From: Deltaproteobacteria bacterium
GTDB taxonomy: Bacteria; Myxococcota; Kuafuiibacteriia; Kuafuiibacteriales; Kuafuiibacteriaceae
DNA: 64,000 bases
Reading direction: 5' to 3'
Assembly: GCA_040218735.1 (NCBI GenBank)
Contig: JAVJQW010000012.1
Location: 352,001 to 416,000, forward strand
The position numbers were made by a program, and so were the translations under genes. Position 1 is the first letter of the stretch, and the number at the start of each line of letters is the position of its first letter. The notes beneath the pieces were generated by a model. That model had not been told where the DNA came from. It saw only the letters and a program-made list of their open reading frames with translations, and made no database searches. Below, piece after piece: positions 48,760 to 58,700 of this stretch.

Positions 48760-48776
48760 AGCAAAGCACGCGCCAG
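48760..48776 (-). promoter_or_regulatory. Sigma54 (-24/-12) promoter upstream of the PPDK-like lipoprotein
   Basis: Minus strand CTGGCGCGTGCTTTGCT versus consensus TGGCAC-N5-TTGCW (one mismatch), about 90 bp before ATG 48671. Confidence 0.65.
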
Positions 48777-48792
48777 CAAGGGTCGAACCGCG

Positions 48793-50604
48793 GTGAATGA
48801 AACCAAGCGCCGTCGGCCACTGCTCAGGGCGGTGGTCTCCCCGAAGCAAACCTCGTGGGCGCTCCTCGGTTGTGTGCTGGCGTGCTCGTCCGGAGAGTCG
48901 CTGGAGCTCGAGGACACACCACCGCCTCCCCCGGCGGCGACGTGTGTGACCATCGCTTCCGACGTCGCCTCGATCCCCGTGGCCGCGTCGGTCCCGGCCC
49001 GAGGCGTCCTGACCCCGAAGGCTCCCGACGGCGCTGACCTTCGGGGGACCGGGCTCCGCCTCCTGCCGCGCGACCCGTCGGTGATGATGCCGGTCGACTG
49101 GAGCACGTGGTCGGACGGACGCGTCGAGTGGACCGCCGAGGTCATCCCCGGCGACTACGACGTCACGCTGACGGAGGGCTCCCAGGGCGGCCACTTCCAC
49201 CAGAGCCCGTTCACGACGCTGACGATCGACGGACTAGAGGTCGCGCCGCAGGACGTTCCGGTCGCGCGGTGGACGCTCACGCCGAAGTCACCGCGGGACC
49301 CGAATCAGTACCTCTTCGTCGTGAAGGACGCGGAGCCCCCGGAGCTCTACAGCGACACCTGGTACGTGGCCCCGGGGACGTACCGCGCCGTGCACGTTTC
49401 GACCGCGCCGTTCTGCCAGGACCGGCTCGGGTGCGGCGTCGGTTACGTCTCGGACGCGACGCGGATCGAAGGCGACGTCGTGACCGAGGTCGATCTGGCC
49501 CCCGTCACCACGACGCTGCAACTCACGGACGGCACGAACCCTGTCGTAGCCGACAACCCCGTGGTCGTCCTCCTCACTTCGAAGCTGCTCGGCGAGACCG
49601 TGGGCTTCACGATTCGGACGGGGATGGATCACGTCGAGGCGCTGGTCGTGCCCGGCGACTACGACGTCGCGATCAACCTCGTCGGTGTGGCTCATCGGGT
49701 CGCACGGGACGTCCACATCGTCGGAGGGACCGTCGAGGTGATCGCGCCGCCGGGGCCTCGGGGCGGGCGGAGCCTCTCGGGCGTCGCGCGCTACGACGGC
49801 GGCGACTTCCCCGGTGACCTCGAGGGTGCCTCGATCGAGCTCGTCGACCCCACCGGCTCCGTCGACCCGGTGTCCATGACCATCCGCCGGTTCCCCCAGA
49901 CCGGGAACGCTCACTTTCGTCGGGACGACATCGCGCCCGCGGTCTACGACGCCTACTTCGTGCCGGCCGAGTGCCCGGACCTCGATCAACCGCTCCCCTG
50001 CGCGCCCTCCCGCGTCCTCGAAGGCGTCGATCTCACGGTGCTCGATCGAGAAGTCGAGATCGATCTTGGCCCCGAGGTCGTCACGGTCGATCTGATGCTC
50101 GACTCGGAGCCGCTGCGCTTCGGCATGACGCCGATCCGGCTTCGCCTGACTTCGATGGACCATGAAGGCTTCACGACGACGTTCGAGGTCGGTCGCGCGA
50201 CGGTCCAGGTCGGGCTGCTCCCGGGCGCCTACCGCGTTCAACTCGTCGGGACCGGCGTCGACCTGTTCGGCGTCTTCGAAACACACGTCGACATCGACGC
50301 TCCGACTTCGGTGCTCCTGGACGCTCGTTCGATTCGGACCACGCTGCACGCCGAGCTCGACGGACGACCGTACACCCCCGTCGACGCGGTCGACGTCGCG
50401 CTCGAGCCAAACGCCAGCAGCACCTTCTCGAATCCGCTCGAGCTCGAATGGAGCGCCGCGGAACCGATCACCGCGCGGCTCCTCGTCGGCGACTACACCC
50501 TGACCTGGGATGCGGCGCGGTGGTGCGCCGACGACCTCCCCGACGACGAGCCGCGAGCGTGCGCCGGCCACCGAATCCCGGTCTGCGTCGAAGCGCCCGA
50601 ATGA
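48793..50604 (+). CDS. Hypothetical lipoprotein with repeated beta-sandwich (PGxYxV) modules
   Basis: Lipobox VLAC; IPGDYDV, APGTYRA, VPGDYDV, APAVYDA, LPGAYRV, LVGDYTL repeats, some followed by CxnC loops. Start uncertain. Confidence 0.7.
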   Translation: MNETKRRRPLLRAVVSPKQTSWALLGCVLACSSGESLELEDTPPPPPAATCVTIASDVASIPVAASVPARGVLTPKAPDGADLRGTGLRLLPRDPSVMMPVDWSTWSDGRVEWTAEVIPGDYDVTLTEGSQGGHFHQSPFTTLTIDGLEVAPQDVPVARWTLTPKSPRDPNQYLFVVKDAEPPELYSDTWYVAPGTYRAVHVSTAPFCQDRLGCGVGYVSDATRIEGDVVTEVDLAPVTTTLQLTDGTNPVVADNPVVVLLTSKLLGETVGFTIRTGMDHVEALVVPGDYDVAINLVGVAHRVARDVHIVGGTVEVIAPPGPRGGRSLSGVARYDGGDFPGDLEGASIELVDPTGSVDPVSMTIRRFPQTGNAHFRRDDIAPAVYDAYFVPAECPDLDQPLPCAPSRVLEGVDLTVLDREVEIDLGPEVVTVDLMLDSEPLRFGMTPIRLRLTSMDHEGFTTTFEVGRATVQVGLLPGAYRVQLVGTGVDLFGVFETHVDIDAPTSVLLDARSIRTTLHAELDGRPYTPVDAVDVALEPNASSTFSNPLELEWSAAEPITARLLVGDYTLTWDAARWCADDLPDDEPRACAGHRIPVCVEAPE

Positions 50605-50607
50605 CGC

Positions 50608-51297
50608 TCAGGACGCCAACATCACGAGCGCGGTGATCGCCGCCGCCGCGGTCTCCGTACGGAGCGTGTGCTCGCCGAGGGTCACCGAAGTGAACCCCGC
50701 CTCTCGCGCCGCCTCGACCTCGGCCGGCGAAAGGCCCCCCTCCGGTCCGACGAGGACCTCGAGATCCGACGAGGTGCTCGGCGCGTACGCCGTCGCGCCG
50801 TCGATCGCGAACACCCACGACGCGCTCGCCCGCGGCTCGGCGAGCAGATCCGCGAACGCCGTGACCGGTCGCAGCTCCGGACGCCACGCCCGCCCCGACA
50901 CCCGCACCGCGTCGTCGACGATCTGACGCCAGCGATCCTGACGCCCCATCGAACGCGCCACCGCGCGCTCGCTGATGACCGGGATGATCCGCGAGACCCC
51001 CAGCTCGGTCGTCTGCCGGACGATCTGATCCATCTTCTCGCCCTTCGCGACGCACTGGATCAGCGTCAGCGTTCGCGAAGGGCGCGGCACGAACCGCGGC
51101 GCCGACACGTTCAACACCACGCTGCGTTTGTCAGCGTGCTCGATCCGCGCGCGCGCCACGCGCCCCGCGCCGTCCGTGAGCTCGAGCTCCACGGAAGCGT
51201 CGAGACGTAAGACGTCCCGAAGGTAGTGCGCCGCATCCGAGGGCAGCCGCAGCGGCCCCTCCGCGAGGACCTCGTCCGACAGCACGAGGCGTCGCAC
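50608..51297 (-). CDS. rsmE: 16S rRNA m3U1498 methyltransferase
   Basis: HYLRDVLRL, KGEKMDQIVRQTTELGV, VGPEGG, LGEHTLRTETA. Confidence 0.94.
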   Translation of the reverse strand: MRRLVLSDEVLAEGPLRLPSDAAHYLRDVLRLDASVELELTDGAGRVARARIEHADKRSVVLNVSAPRFVPRPSRTLTLIQCVAKGEKMDQIVRQTTELGVSRIIPVISERAVARSMGRQDRWRQIVDDAVRVSGRAWRPELRPVTAFADLLAEPRASASWVFAIDGATAYAPSTSSDLEVLVGPEGGLSPAEVEAAREAGFTSVTLGEHTLRTETAAAAITALVMLAS

Positions 51298-51298
51298 G

Positions 51299-52156
51299 TC
51301 AGCTCCGCATCAGATCGATCCGCACCCACTCGGCGCGCGGCTCGATACGCTCCAGCGTCAGCCCCGCCGCGACGTAGGCCGCGGCGACGTCCTCGGCCTG
51401 CGTCCCGAGGATCCCGGAGAGCGCGAGGCGCCCGCCCGGCGCGACCCGCGCGGCGAGCGACGGCGCCATGTCGATCAGCGGCTGCGCGAGGATGTTCGCG
51501 ACGACGAAGTCGTAGGTGCCGTCGAGCTCTTCGATCGGCGTCGTCGAGAAGTCGACGCGCTCCGCCAGCGCGTTCTTCTCGGCGTTCTCGTCGGAGACCA
51601 GGATCGCCTCCGGGTCGTTGTCGACGCCGACCGCGCTCGGCGCGCCGACCAGCAGCGCCGCGAGCGCGAGGATGCCGGTGCCACACCCCACGTCGAGCAC
51701 CGGCGTCGACGGCCGAAGCTCGACGATGCGATCGAGGATCGATCCCGTCGACACGTGCTGGCCGGTCCCGAACGCGCTCGACGGATCGATCCGCAGCACG
51801 AACTGCGCATCGTCCGGCGGTTCGATCCAGGACGGCACCACCCACAGCCCGCCGAACTGCATCGGCGCGAAGTGCTGCTTCCAGTGCGTCGACCAATCGA
51901 TGTCGTCGAGCGCGCGCCGCGCGATGCCCGCGCCGGTCACGCCGACGGCTTCGAGCACCTCCTCCACCCGGGCGGTCACGTCCTCCGCGAGCTCGAACGA
52001 CGCCACGACCACGAGCGGCCGCGCCGAGTCCTGAACCTCGAGTCCCGCGGCGCCGGCCTCGAAGAGCGCACCGCACAGGATGTCGAAGTCGTCGTCCTCC
52101 GTGCCGAGCTCGGGGGGCAACGTGATGTCCACGGCGACGTACTGGGGTTCGCTCAT
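51299..52156 (-). CDS. prmA: Ribosomal protein L11 methyltransferase
   Basis: WKQHFAP, IDPSSAFGTGQH, VLDVGCGTGIL, VVANIL, LSGIL. Confidence 0.95.
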   Translation of the reverse strand: MSEPQYVAVDITLPPELGTEDDDFDILCGALFEAGAAGLEVQDSARPLVVVASFELAEDVTARVEEVLEAVGVTGAGIARRALDDIDWSTHWKQHFAPMQFGGLWVVPSWIEPPDDAQFVLRIDPSSAFGTGQHVSTGSILDRIVELRPSTPVLDVGCGTGILALAALLVGAPSAVGVDNDPEAILVSDENAEKNALAERVDFSTTPIEELDGTYDFVVANILAQPLIDMAPSLAARVAPGGRLALSGILGTQAEDVAAAYVAAGLTLERIEPRAEWVRIDLMRS

Positions 52157-52758
52157 TTGAAGCTGATGGTCGGCCGCGACGGCGGCTCGAAGTCGAAGTC
52201 ACTCACCATGGTCCCCGCGGGCACCATGAGGTCGTCGGAGCGCGCGATGGTCGCGGTGAGCGAGCCGGCGATGTGTTCGTCGGACCCGGTGTCCTCGGCG
52301 TCCAGCGCGAGGTCGAAGTCGGTGATGCGCAGCGTCCCGGACGTCGCGTGGAGCGTCGGGAAGTTCGCGCAGGTCTGGAACAGGCTGAGCGTCGCGTTTG
52401 CGCGCCCTTCGCCGAACGCGAGCGGCAGCGTGAGCCCGGCGGGGTCGGCGAGCAGGACCCGCTCGCGCTCCTCGTCGACGACCAGGTCACCCGACTCGAT
52501 GAGGTCGTCCATCCCGATGCGGACCGCGACGCTGTCCGTCTCCTCGATCCGCACGCGATACTCCTGGACCTGCACGATGACGACGCCCGAGTACCGCTCG
52601 GTCGCCAGCCACGCCGCGTCGTAACCGTAGTCCTCGATCTGTTTGTCGGTGCCGGGCGGGCAGTCCTCCACGAAGAACTCCGCGGACACCGAGCCGCCGC
52701 CGTTCAGCCCCGAGCACCCCGCGAGGAGCACCACCGACCCGATCACGCCGACCCGCAT
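52153..52758 (-). CDS. Hypothetical lipoprotein
   Basis: MRVGVIGSVVLLAGC lipobox; its stop overlaps the prmA start. Confidence 0.7.
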   Translation of the reverse strand: MRVGVIGSVVLLAGCSGLNGGGSVSAEFFVEDCPPGTDKQIEDYGYDAAWLATERYSGVVIVQVQEYRVRIEETDSVAVRIGMDDLIESGDLVVDEERERVLLADPAGLTLPLAFGEGRANATLSLFQTCANFPTLHATSGTLRITDFDLALDAEDTGSDEHIAGSLTATIARSDDLMVPAGTMVSDFDFEPPSRPTISFK

Positions 52759-52792
52759 CGCGGCCGAGCCTACCATGATCGATACTCGGTCC

Positions 52793-53167
52793 ATGACCGA
52801 ACCCAACGTCGAGGAATTCCACAAGTTCGCCGCCCGCGCCGAAGAGGGCCCGGTCGTCATGCTCAACCTGCTCGCGTTCGTCCCCGACGGCGGTCGCGAA
52901 CGCTACGGCGAGTACATGCGTCGGGTCCGCCCCATGCTCGCCGAGGTCGGTGGGACGGCGAGGTTCCTCGGCAACGGCACCGAGCTCCTCCTCGGGACCG
53001 AACACGACCGCTGGGACGAAGTCCTCCTCGTCGAGTACCCAACCCGCGGCGCGCTGATCGCGATGTCACGCTCCGAGGCCTACCAGGAGATCCTGCCGAT
53101 CCGAAACGGCGCCCTCACCCGCTCCGTCCTGCTCGCGTGTGATCCCGTCGCGCTCCAGGACGAATAG
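52793..53167 (+). CDS. DUF1330-family dimeric alpha-beta barrel protein
   Basis: GPVVMLNLLAF, WDEVLLVEYPTR, EAYQEILPIRNGAL. Confidence 0.82.
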   Translation: MTEPNVEEFHKFAARAEEGPVVMLNLLAFVPDGGRERYGEYMRRVRPMLAEVGGTARFLGNGTELLLGTEHDRWDEVLLVEYPTRGALIAMSRSEAYQEILPIRNGALTRSVLLACDPVALQDE

Positions 53168-53169
53168 GC

Positions 53170-55068
53170 TCACCGCGCGCCCGCGCGGTCCAACCAATCA
53201 TCGATACGCGCGTTCACGACGCCGTGCGCCTCGAAGCTCGCCTTCGCACGCCGAGCGAGCGCTACCGCGCGCGAAGGATCCCGGTCGAGGTCCCCGAGCG
53301 CCATGGCCAGATAGAACTGCGCCCGCGCGAGATCGAGGTTCGTCGAGCCCGGACGGTCGCCGACCTGCACCGCGCGCTCCAGCGCGGCGGCCGCTCGTTG
53401 CGGCTGACGCAACGCGATCCACAACGTCCCCTCCCCCACCAAGAGCGGCAGGAGACGCCGCTCCATCGACCCGCGCTCTACGCTGGCCTGCGCCGACTGG
53501 AGCCGCTCGATCGCAGGACGGAGCTTCCTCTCACGACGGAGCACGATCGACTCCGCCCACAGCAGCTCCGTCCGCGATCGACCCGCGACGGGCGCACCGG
53601 CGCGAACACGTTCGAGGGTCGCCGACGCGCGCGAGCGCTCGTCGCGATCGTGGAGCTGCAGGAACGCGACGAGCACGAGCGCAGCCTGGCGCTCGCCTGG
53701 CGACGCCTCGGTGAAACGCTCCGCGAGATCCAGAGCGGCCTTCGCCCAGCGCAAGGCGTCTTGCTTCTCGTTCGCTTCGAAACACGCACGCGCGAGGTCG
53801 AGCGTCGGAGCGATCAGCGCCGACGATCGCGCTCCGTGCCTCCGCTCGACCTCACTTCGACGCACCTCGTAGATCGAGATCGCGCGCGCGTAGTCACCCG
53901 CGGCGAGCGCCTCGGCCCCCGCGTCGTGTCGCGCCTCGGGCGGTTCCTCGGGTCTTCGCGGCGCGCCCGCGTCGCGAACCGAAGGCCGGTCGACACCGGC
54001 GTCCTCGACCGACGCATCGCGCGCCCTGGGCCTCGGCGCGACGACCGGCGGCGAATCCGCCGAGGCGACCGCGGGCGAATCGACGCGCGTCGTCGTCGCG
54101 AACGCGAGCGCGGCGACCGAAGTCGCGGCGACGACCCCGGCGACCCACGGGGCACGTGACCTCTCGCGCAGCGCGTCGAGCAGAGCGTCCAGATCCGCGA
54201 AGCGATCGTCGGGCTCGACGGACATCGCACGCCGCAGCGCACGACGTACCGCACGCGGCCCACGCGCCGGGCCCGCCCGTCGCTTGCCGAGCGCGATCGC
54301 ACGCATCCGAGCGGCCGGCGTCGTTCCCTTGAACGGGTGCTCACCGTCCAGCGCTTCGGACAACGCGACGGCGAACGCGAACTGATCACTCTTCGCGGTC
54401 GCCGCTTTGCCTCGAACGACCTCCGGAGCGAGGTAACTCGGCGTTCCGAGCAGGTGGCCCGTCGCCGTGAGGGTGAGGTCGTCGGACCGTGCGCGGTCGA
54501 ACGAAGCCACGTCCGAGTCGTCGCTCGAACGCGCGAGGCCAAAGTCCCCGACGAGCACGTTTCCGTCTTCGTCGCGAAAGACGTTCTCGGGCTTGAAGTC
54601 TCGGTGGACGAGCCCGACCGCGTGTGCTGCGGCGAGCCCGCGACCGGCCGCGACGTACGCCGACAACACCGCGGAGGTCGGCGGTCGTTCGCGCTCCACC
54701 CAGTCGCGGAGCGTCGGCCCCTCGGCGTACCGCATCGCGATGTACGTCCGCCCGTCGAACGTGCCGACGTCGTAGATCGGCACGACGTTGACGTGGGTGA
54801 GGCTCGCCATCGCGCGCGCCTCCCGGAGCATTCGATCCTCGGCGCCCGCATCGCCCGCCCGCGCAAGGACCTTGACCGCGACGGAACGTGCGAGCGCCTC
54901 GTCGAACGCCAGGTAGACGATTCCGAAGGCGCCTTCCCCGAGCCGCGACCGGATCACGTAGCGACCGATCTGCATCGGCTCGACCGCACCTCCGAACAGG
55001 CGCGACCTCGCCAGCGTCTTCACGCGGTGCCGTTCGCGCCGCTCGAACGTGTCCTCGTCCCGAGTCAC
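53170..55068 (-). CDS. Membrane Ser/Thr protein kinase with C-terminal TPR region
   Basis: LGEGAFGIVY, VAVK, VHRDFKPEN, DFGLAR, GTPSYLAPE, TM segment PWVAGVVAATSVAALAF. GTG 55068 overlaps the ECF stop. Confidence 0.92.
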   Translation of the reverse strand: MTRDEDTFERRERHRVKTLARSRLFGGAVEPMQIGRYVIRSRLGEGAFGIVYLAFDEALARSVAVKVLARAGDAGAEDRMLREARAMASLTHVNVVPIYDVGTFDGRTYIAMRYAEGPTLRDWVERERPPTSAVLSAYVAAGRGLAAAHAVGLVHRDFKPENVFRDEDGNVLVGDFGLARSSDDSDVASFDRARSDDLTLTATGHLLGTPSYLAPEVVRGKAATAKSDQFAFAVALSEALDGEHPFKGTTPAARMRAIALGKRRAGPARGPRAVRRALRRAMSVEPDDRFADLDALLDALRERSRAPWVAGVVAATSVAALAFATTTRVDSPAVASADSPPVVAPRPRARDASVEDAGVDRPSVRDAGAPRRPEEPPEARHDAGAEALAAGDYARAISIYEVRRSEVERRHGARSSALIAPTLDLARACFEANEKQDALRWAKAALDLAERFTEASPGERQAALVLVAFLQLHDRDERSRASATLERVRAGAPVAGRSRTELLWAESIVLRRERKLRPAIERLQSAQASVERGSMERRLLPLLVGEGTLWIALRQPQRAAAALERAVQVGDRPGSTNLDLARAQFYLAMALGDLDRDPSRAVALARRAKASFEAHGVVNARIDDWLDRAGAR

Positions 55069-55658
55069 TGCGCAGCGGACGACACGGGCCTCGCCCGCTG
55101 TAGGAGGTGGCCGAGGTCCAGGAGCTCGTCGTCGTTCTGCGGCGTGAGGTGAGCACGCAGCGCCTCCAGGCCGCGGCGGAGGCGACTCCGCACCGTCCCC
55201 TCCGGGATCTGCAGGATCTCGGCGAGCTGCGGTCCCGTCTGATCCTCCCAGTAGTGGAGCTCGAGCACGATCTGGAGATCCAGCGGGATGGACGCCAACG
55301 CCTGGTGCAACCTCGCATGCGCTTCGGTGCGGCGTACGTGACTGCTCGGCGACGGGTTGAGATCGGCGAGCGACGAGACGCCGAAGTCGAGCCGACCGTC
55401 GCGGCGCCGTGTGCGCCAGTACTGGTACAACTCGTGCCGCGCGATCGCGAAGAGGAAAGTCCGGACGCTCGCGTCGCCACGAAACCGATCCCGCCCCTCG
55501 ACCAACGCGAGGAAACAACGTTGCACGTGGTCCGCAGCCTCACCGCCGACCTTGCCGGAGAAGAAGCGGTAGACCGCATCGAAGTGCCGTTCGAACAGCT
55601 GATTGCCCGCCGAACGATCGCCCCCCCGCCAGGCCTCCAACAGCTCCCGATCCTCCAC
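55065..55658 (-). CDS. ECF sigma70 factor
   Basis: DRELLEAWRGGD, LFERHFDAVYRFF, FRGDASVRTFLFAIAR, LELHYWE, IPEGTVRSRLRRG. GTG 55658. Confidence 0.92.
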   Translation of the reverse strand: MEDRELLEAWRGGDRSAGNQLFERHFDAVYRFFSGKVGGEAADHVQRCFLALVEGRDRFRGDASVRTFLFAIARHELYQYWRTRRRDGRLDFGVSSLADLNPSPSSHVRRTEAHARLHQALASIPLDLQIVLELHYWEDQTGPQLAEILQIPEGTVRSRLRRGLEALRAHLTPQNDDELLDLGHLLQRARPVSSAAQ

Positions 55659-55749
55659 GCGTAGCGGACGATACCGGGGCCCGCCCAGCTCCGACGAAAA
55701 AAAACGCCCCGCCCGTGATCGATCCGAGGCCGAGCTCCACCACCCGAAC

Positions 55750-58700
55750 ATGAGACGAATCGAGCCCCTTCGACCCTGGCTACGCCTGGCCCTCGCCTCC
55801 GCGCTCTGCGCGTGCAGCGAAGGCAGCGATCCGGCGAGCACCTCCGACCCGATCTTCGGAGGCGGCGACGCCACCGGAAGCTGCCAACCCGTGTTCCCCG
55901 ATCCCTCGACGGCGCCACACCTCGAATCACCGTGGAATCCGCTCGCGGACGGCCTTCAGAACGGCCTCGAGACCGCGGTCGATCTCGGCGGGACGTGGGC
56001 CACACCGGCCCCGCAGATCCCGACGCCCGTGGCGACCCAGCTCAGCATCGACCCCAACTGCCGCCTCGACCCGAGCGGAACCTCGACGGGTGCGTGCACC
56101 CCGAACGGCGCGATCCCGGGTCGCCGCATCGCAGTGACCCTCAACGGAATCGACTACCGCTGCTTCTTCCCGGACGCACCGCAGATCCCGGAGAAGGTCG
56201 TCGTGCTCAACACCCGCGCCACGATCGGCAACGGCTCGATGCACGAGAACAACGACAAATACTCGTTCCCGGTGAGCGACACCTTTCATGGCTCGTGCGG
56301 CTACTTCCCGCCCCACGCCGGCCACCCCGTCCACCTCTCCGTGCGCGGCATCGTCGCGTTGGGCATCTACCTGAAGACGAACTATCCCGACGACGTCGAC
56401 AAGTTCGTCCTCGCCGGCCAGTCCTACGGCAGCTTCCTCGCACCGTCGGCCGCGCTCCTCGGCCAGGGGCACCCGATGTTCCCCGTCGCCGGCGTCGTCG
56501 GCACCGGCGGCTACGGCGTGCAAGAGAACCCCGTGTTCTTCGACGGCATGGAGTTCGTGCTCGGCGTCAACCAAGCGAACCTCGGGGTCTACGGGCCCTT
56601 CGGCGAAGACGCTGAAGTCATCCGGACGTTCCAGGAGAGCCTCGGCATCGACAGCCTCGCGAACATCGACATCGCGAACTACGTCAGCAACGTGGTGGCA
56701 CCGTGCTGGTTCGGGTTCGGCCAACAGGATCCCACCACGTGGACCGACTACCAGACCCAACGCCTCGCCCAACTCTTCCCGTCGGGCACGCTGGTCCACG
56801 TCTTTCACACCGAGCTGGGCAGCCACAAAGGTGACGGGATCATCCGGAAGGTCTTCGGCGTGCACGATCCGTACGCCGGTCAGGACACGACCCTCGACCT
56901 CCTCGAATTCCTCGACCACTTCATCAACTTCGAGGTCCTCGGTCAGCCCCTCCCCGTGGCCCCGCCCGTCGACCTCACGGCGACGCAGCACCCACCCTCC
57001 CCGGTCGACTTCGTCGCCAACCTCAGCCCGGACCTCTCCGCGGGACCGACCGGCCTGCAACCTGACTTGCTCACGCTCGAACGACGCATCGGCCTCGGAG
57101 CGTACATCGGCGCGCACGACAGCCTCCTCACCCACGTCGACGCGCAGGGACGGACGCGGGTCACCTTCGGCGGGCTCTCCGGCGTCGTGCAGCAGGTGAT
57201 CGTAGAGGCCGGCGGCGTTCAGCCCGTGTGGCGCCGGCCCGTGGGTTACGGCGTGAGCGGCCTGGTGGACGTCGGCAACGAACGCATCGTCGCCATCACC
57301 AAGGACGGCCGCGCCGCGCTCTTGCGCCGTGGCACCGGCGCCGTCGTCCGCAGCACCGCCGCGCAGCACCTCGGACACGAGCCGCGCGGCGCGCAGCTCG
57401 GCGTCGCATATACTCAAGAGAGCGGTCAGCCCGTCCCGCACGAGCTCGTGTTCGTGCTCGAAGAGGGCGGCGACCTGATCGGCTTCGATCCCGCCGATCT
57501 CTCGGTGCGGTTCCGCTCCGACAGGCTTGGCTTCTTCGAGGACTTCGACTTCACGCCGGGTGCACCGCTCGCCTCGGCGTGGTTCGGCATGCAACGCGGA
57601 CACCTCGTGCGTGCGGTCCTTCAGCTCCCCGACTGCATCCACGTGGCTGCGATGACCGAGTACACCGGGCGCGTCCCCACCAAGGTGCTCGCGATCGGCG
57701 AAAACGTCCTCGCGATCGACGATCATGACCAGCGGCTGTACCTGTCGACGGGCGTCGAGGTCCCGCTGACCCAAGCGCCCAACACCCTCGGGACCGCGCT
57801 GATCGGCACGGACGCTCCGAGTGTCTCCCTGGAGCACCTCGCGCTCGTCCCCGGGACGACGTTCGCGCTGTGGTCGCAGGTCGGCGGGCGCGTCGGCCTC
57901 ACGGACCTCGCGGCGGCCAGTCCGGGGCAACCGATCCCGCCGCTCGCGACGGGGAACGTGCACGGCAAGATCATGGCGCTCGACGCCCTCTCGAACCGTG
58001 CCTTCGCGACGACCGCCAACGGCGCGCTCCTCGATCTCCTCGTCGGCGGCTCCGGGATCGTCCCGGCGCCCCTTCACCCACCGCTGTCCACGACGGCGGT
58101 CGCACAGTCGTCCACGACGGGACACCTCCTCACGCTGACCCGAACGCCGCACGACGGCGAGACGGCGCTCCTCGACGTGGACCTCGGCCCCAACGGCGGC
58201 GCGCAGATCCTGAGCACCGGTTACACCGGGGCGGTCCCGCTGCGCACGCGGCTCGTGTGGTCGAACGGCATGCTGCACACGACCTTCGAGGGGGCGCTCG
58301 CGACGATCGGTGGGCAGCCGCGGGTGTTCGCGCCGAGGAGCTTCGACTTCGGCGCCGTGGTGCCGACCGAAGGACACCTCACGTCCTGGGGCGTGTTCCC
58401 TCCGCAGCTCGGCACCGGCAACGTCCCGATCGTGGCGGCGGACCTGCTCGGGCCGGAGATCCAGTATGAGAAGTACACCAACAACATGGCCGGGATCTTC
58501 AACGAGAACGGCAGCGGCCTGATGCGGCTCGACGCCGACGGCCACTACACGGGCTTCTTCGCCACGGCTGGCGGCCACGTGTTTCGCCAGCGCTTCGACG
58601 GCGCGACCGCGCAGGCCCTCGCCCCCGCGGTTCGGTCGGAGTCATTCGGCTGGAAGGGCGCCGACCTGAAAGCCGGCGTGCACCGGATGGCCGACGGTAC

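Noticed and set aside
55927-58578. 883-aa minus-strand ORF
   Set aside because: Antisense to the lipoprotein that has a lipobox and normal composition.
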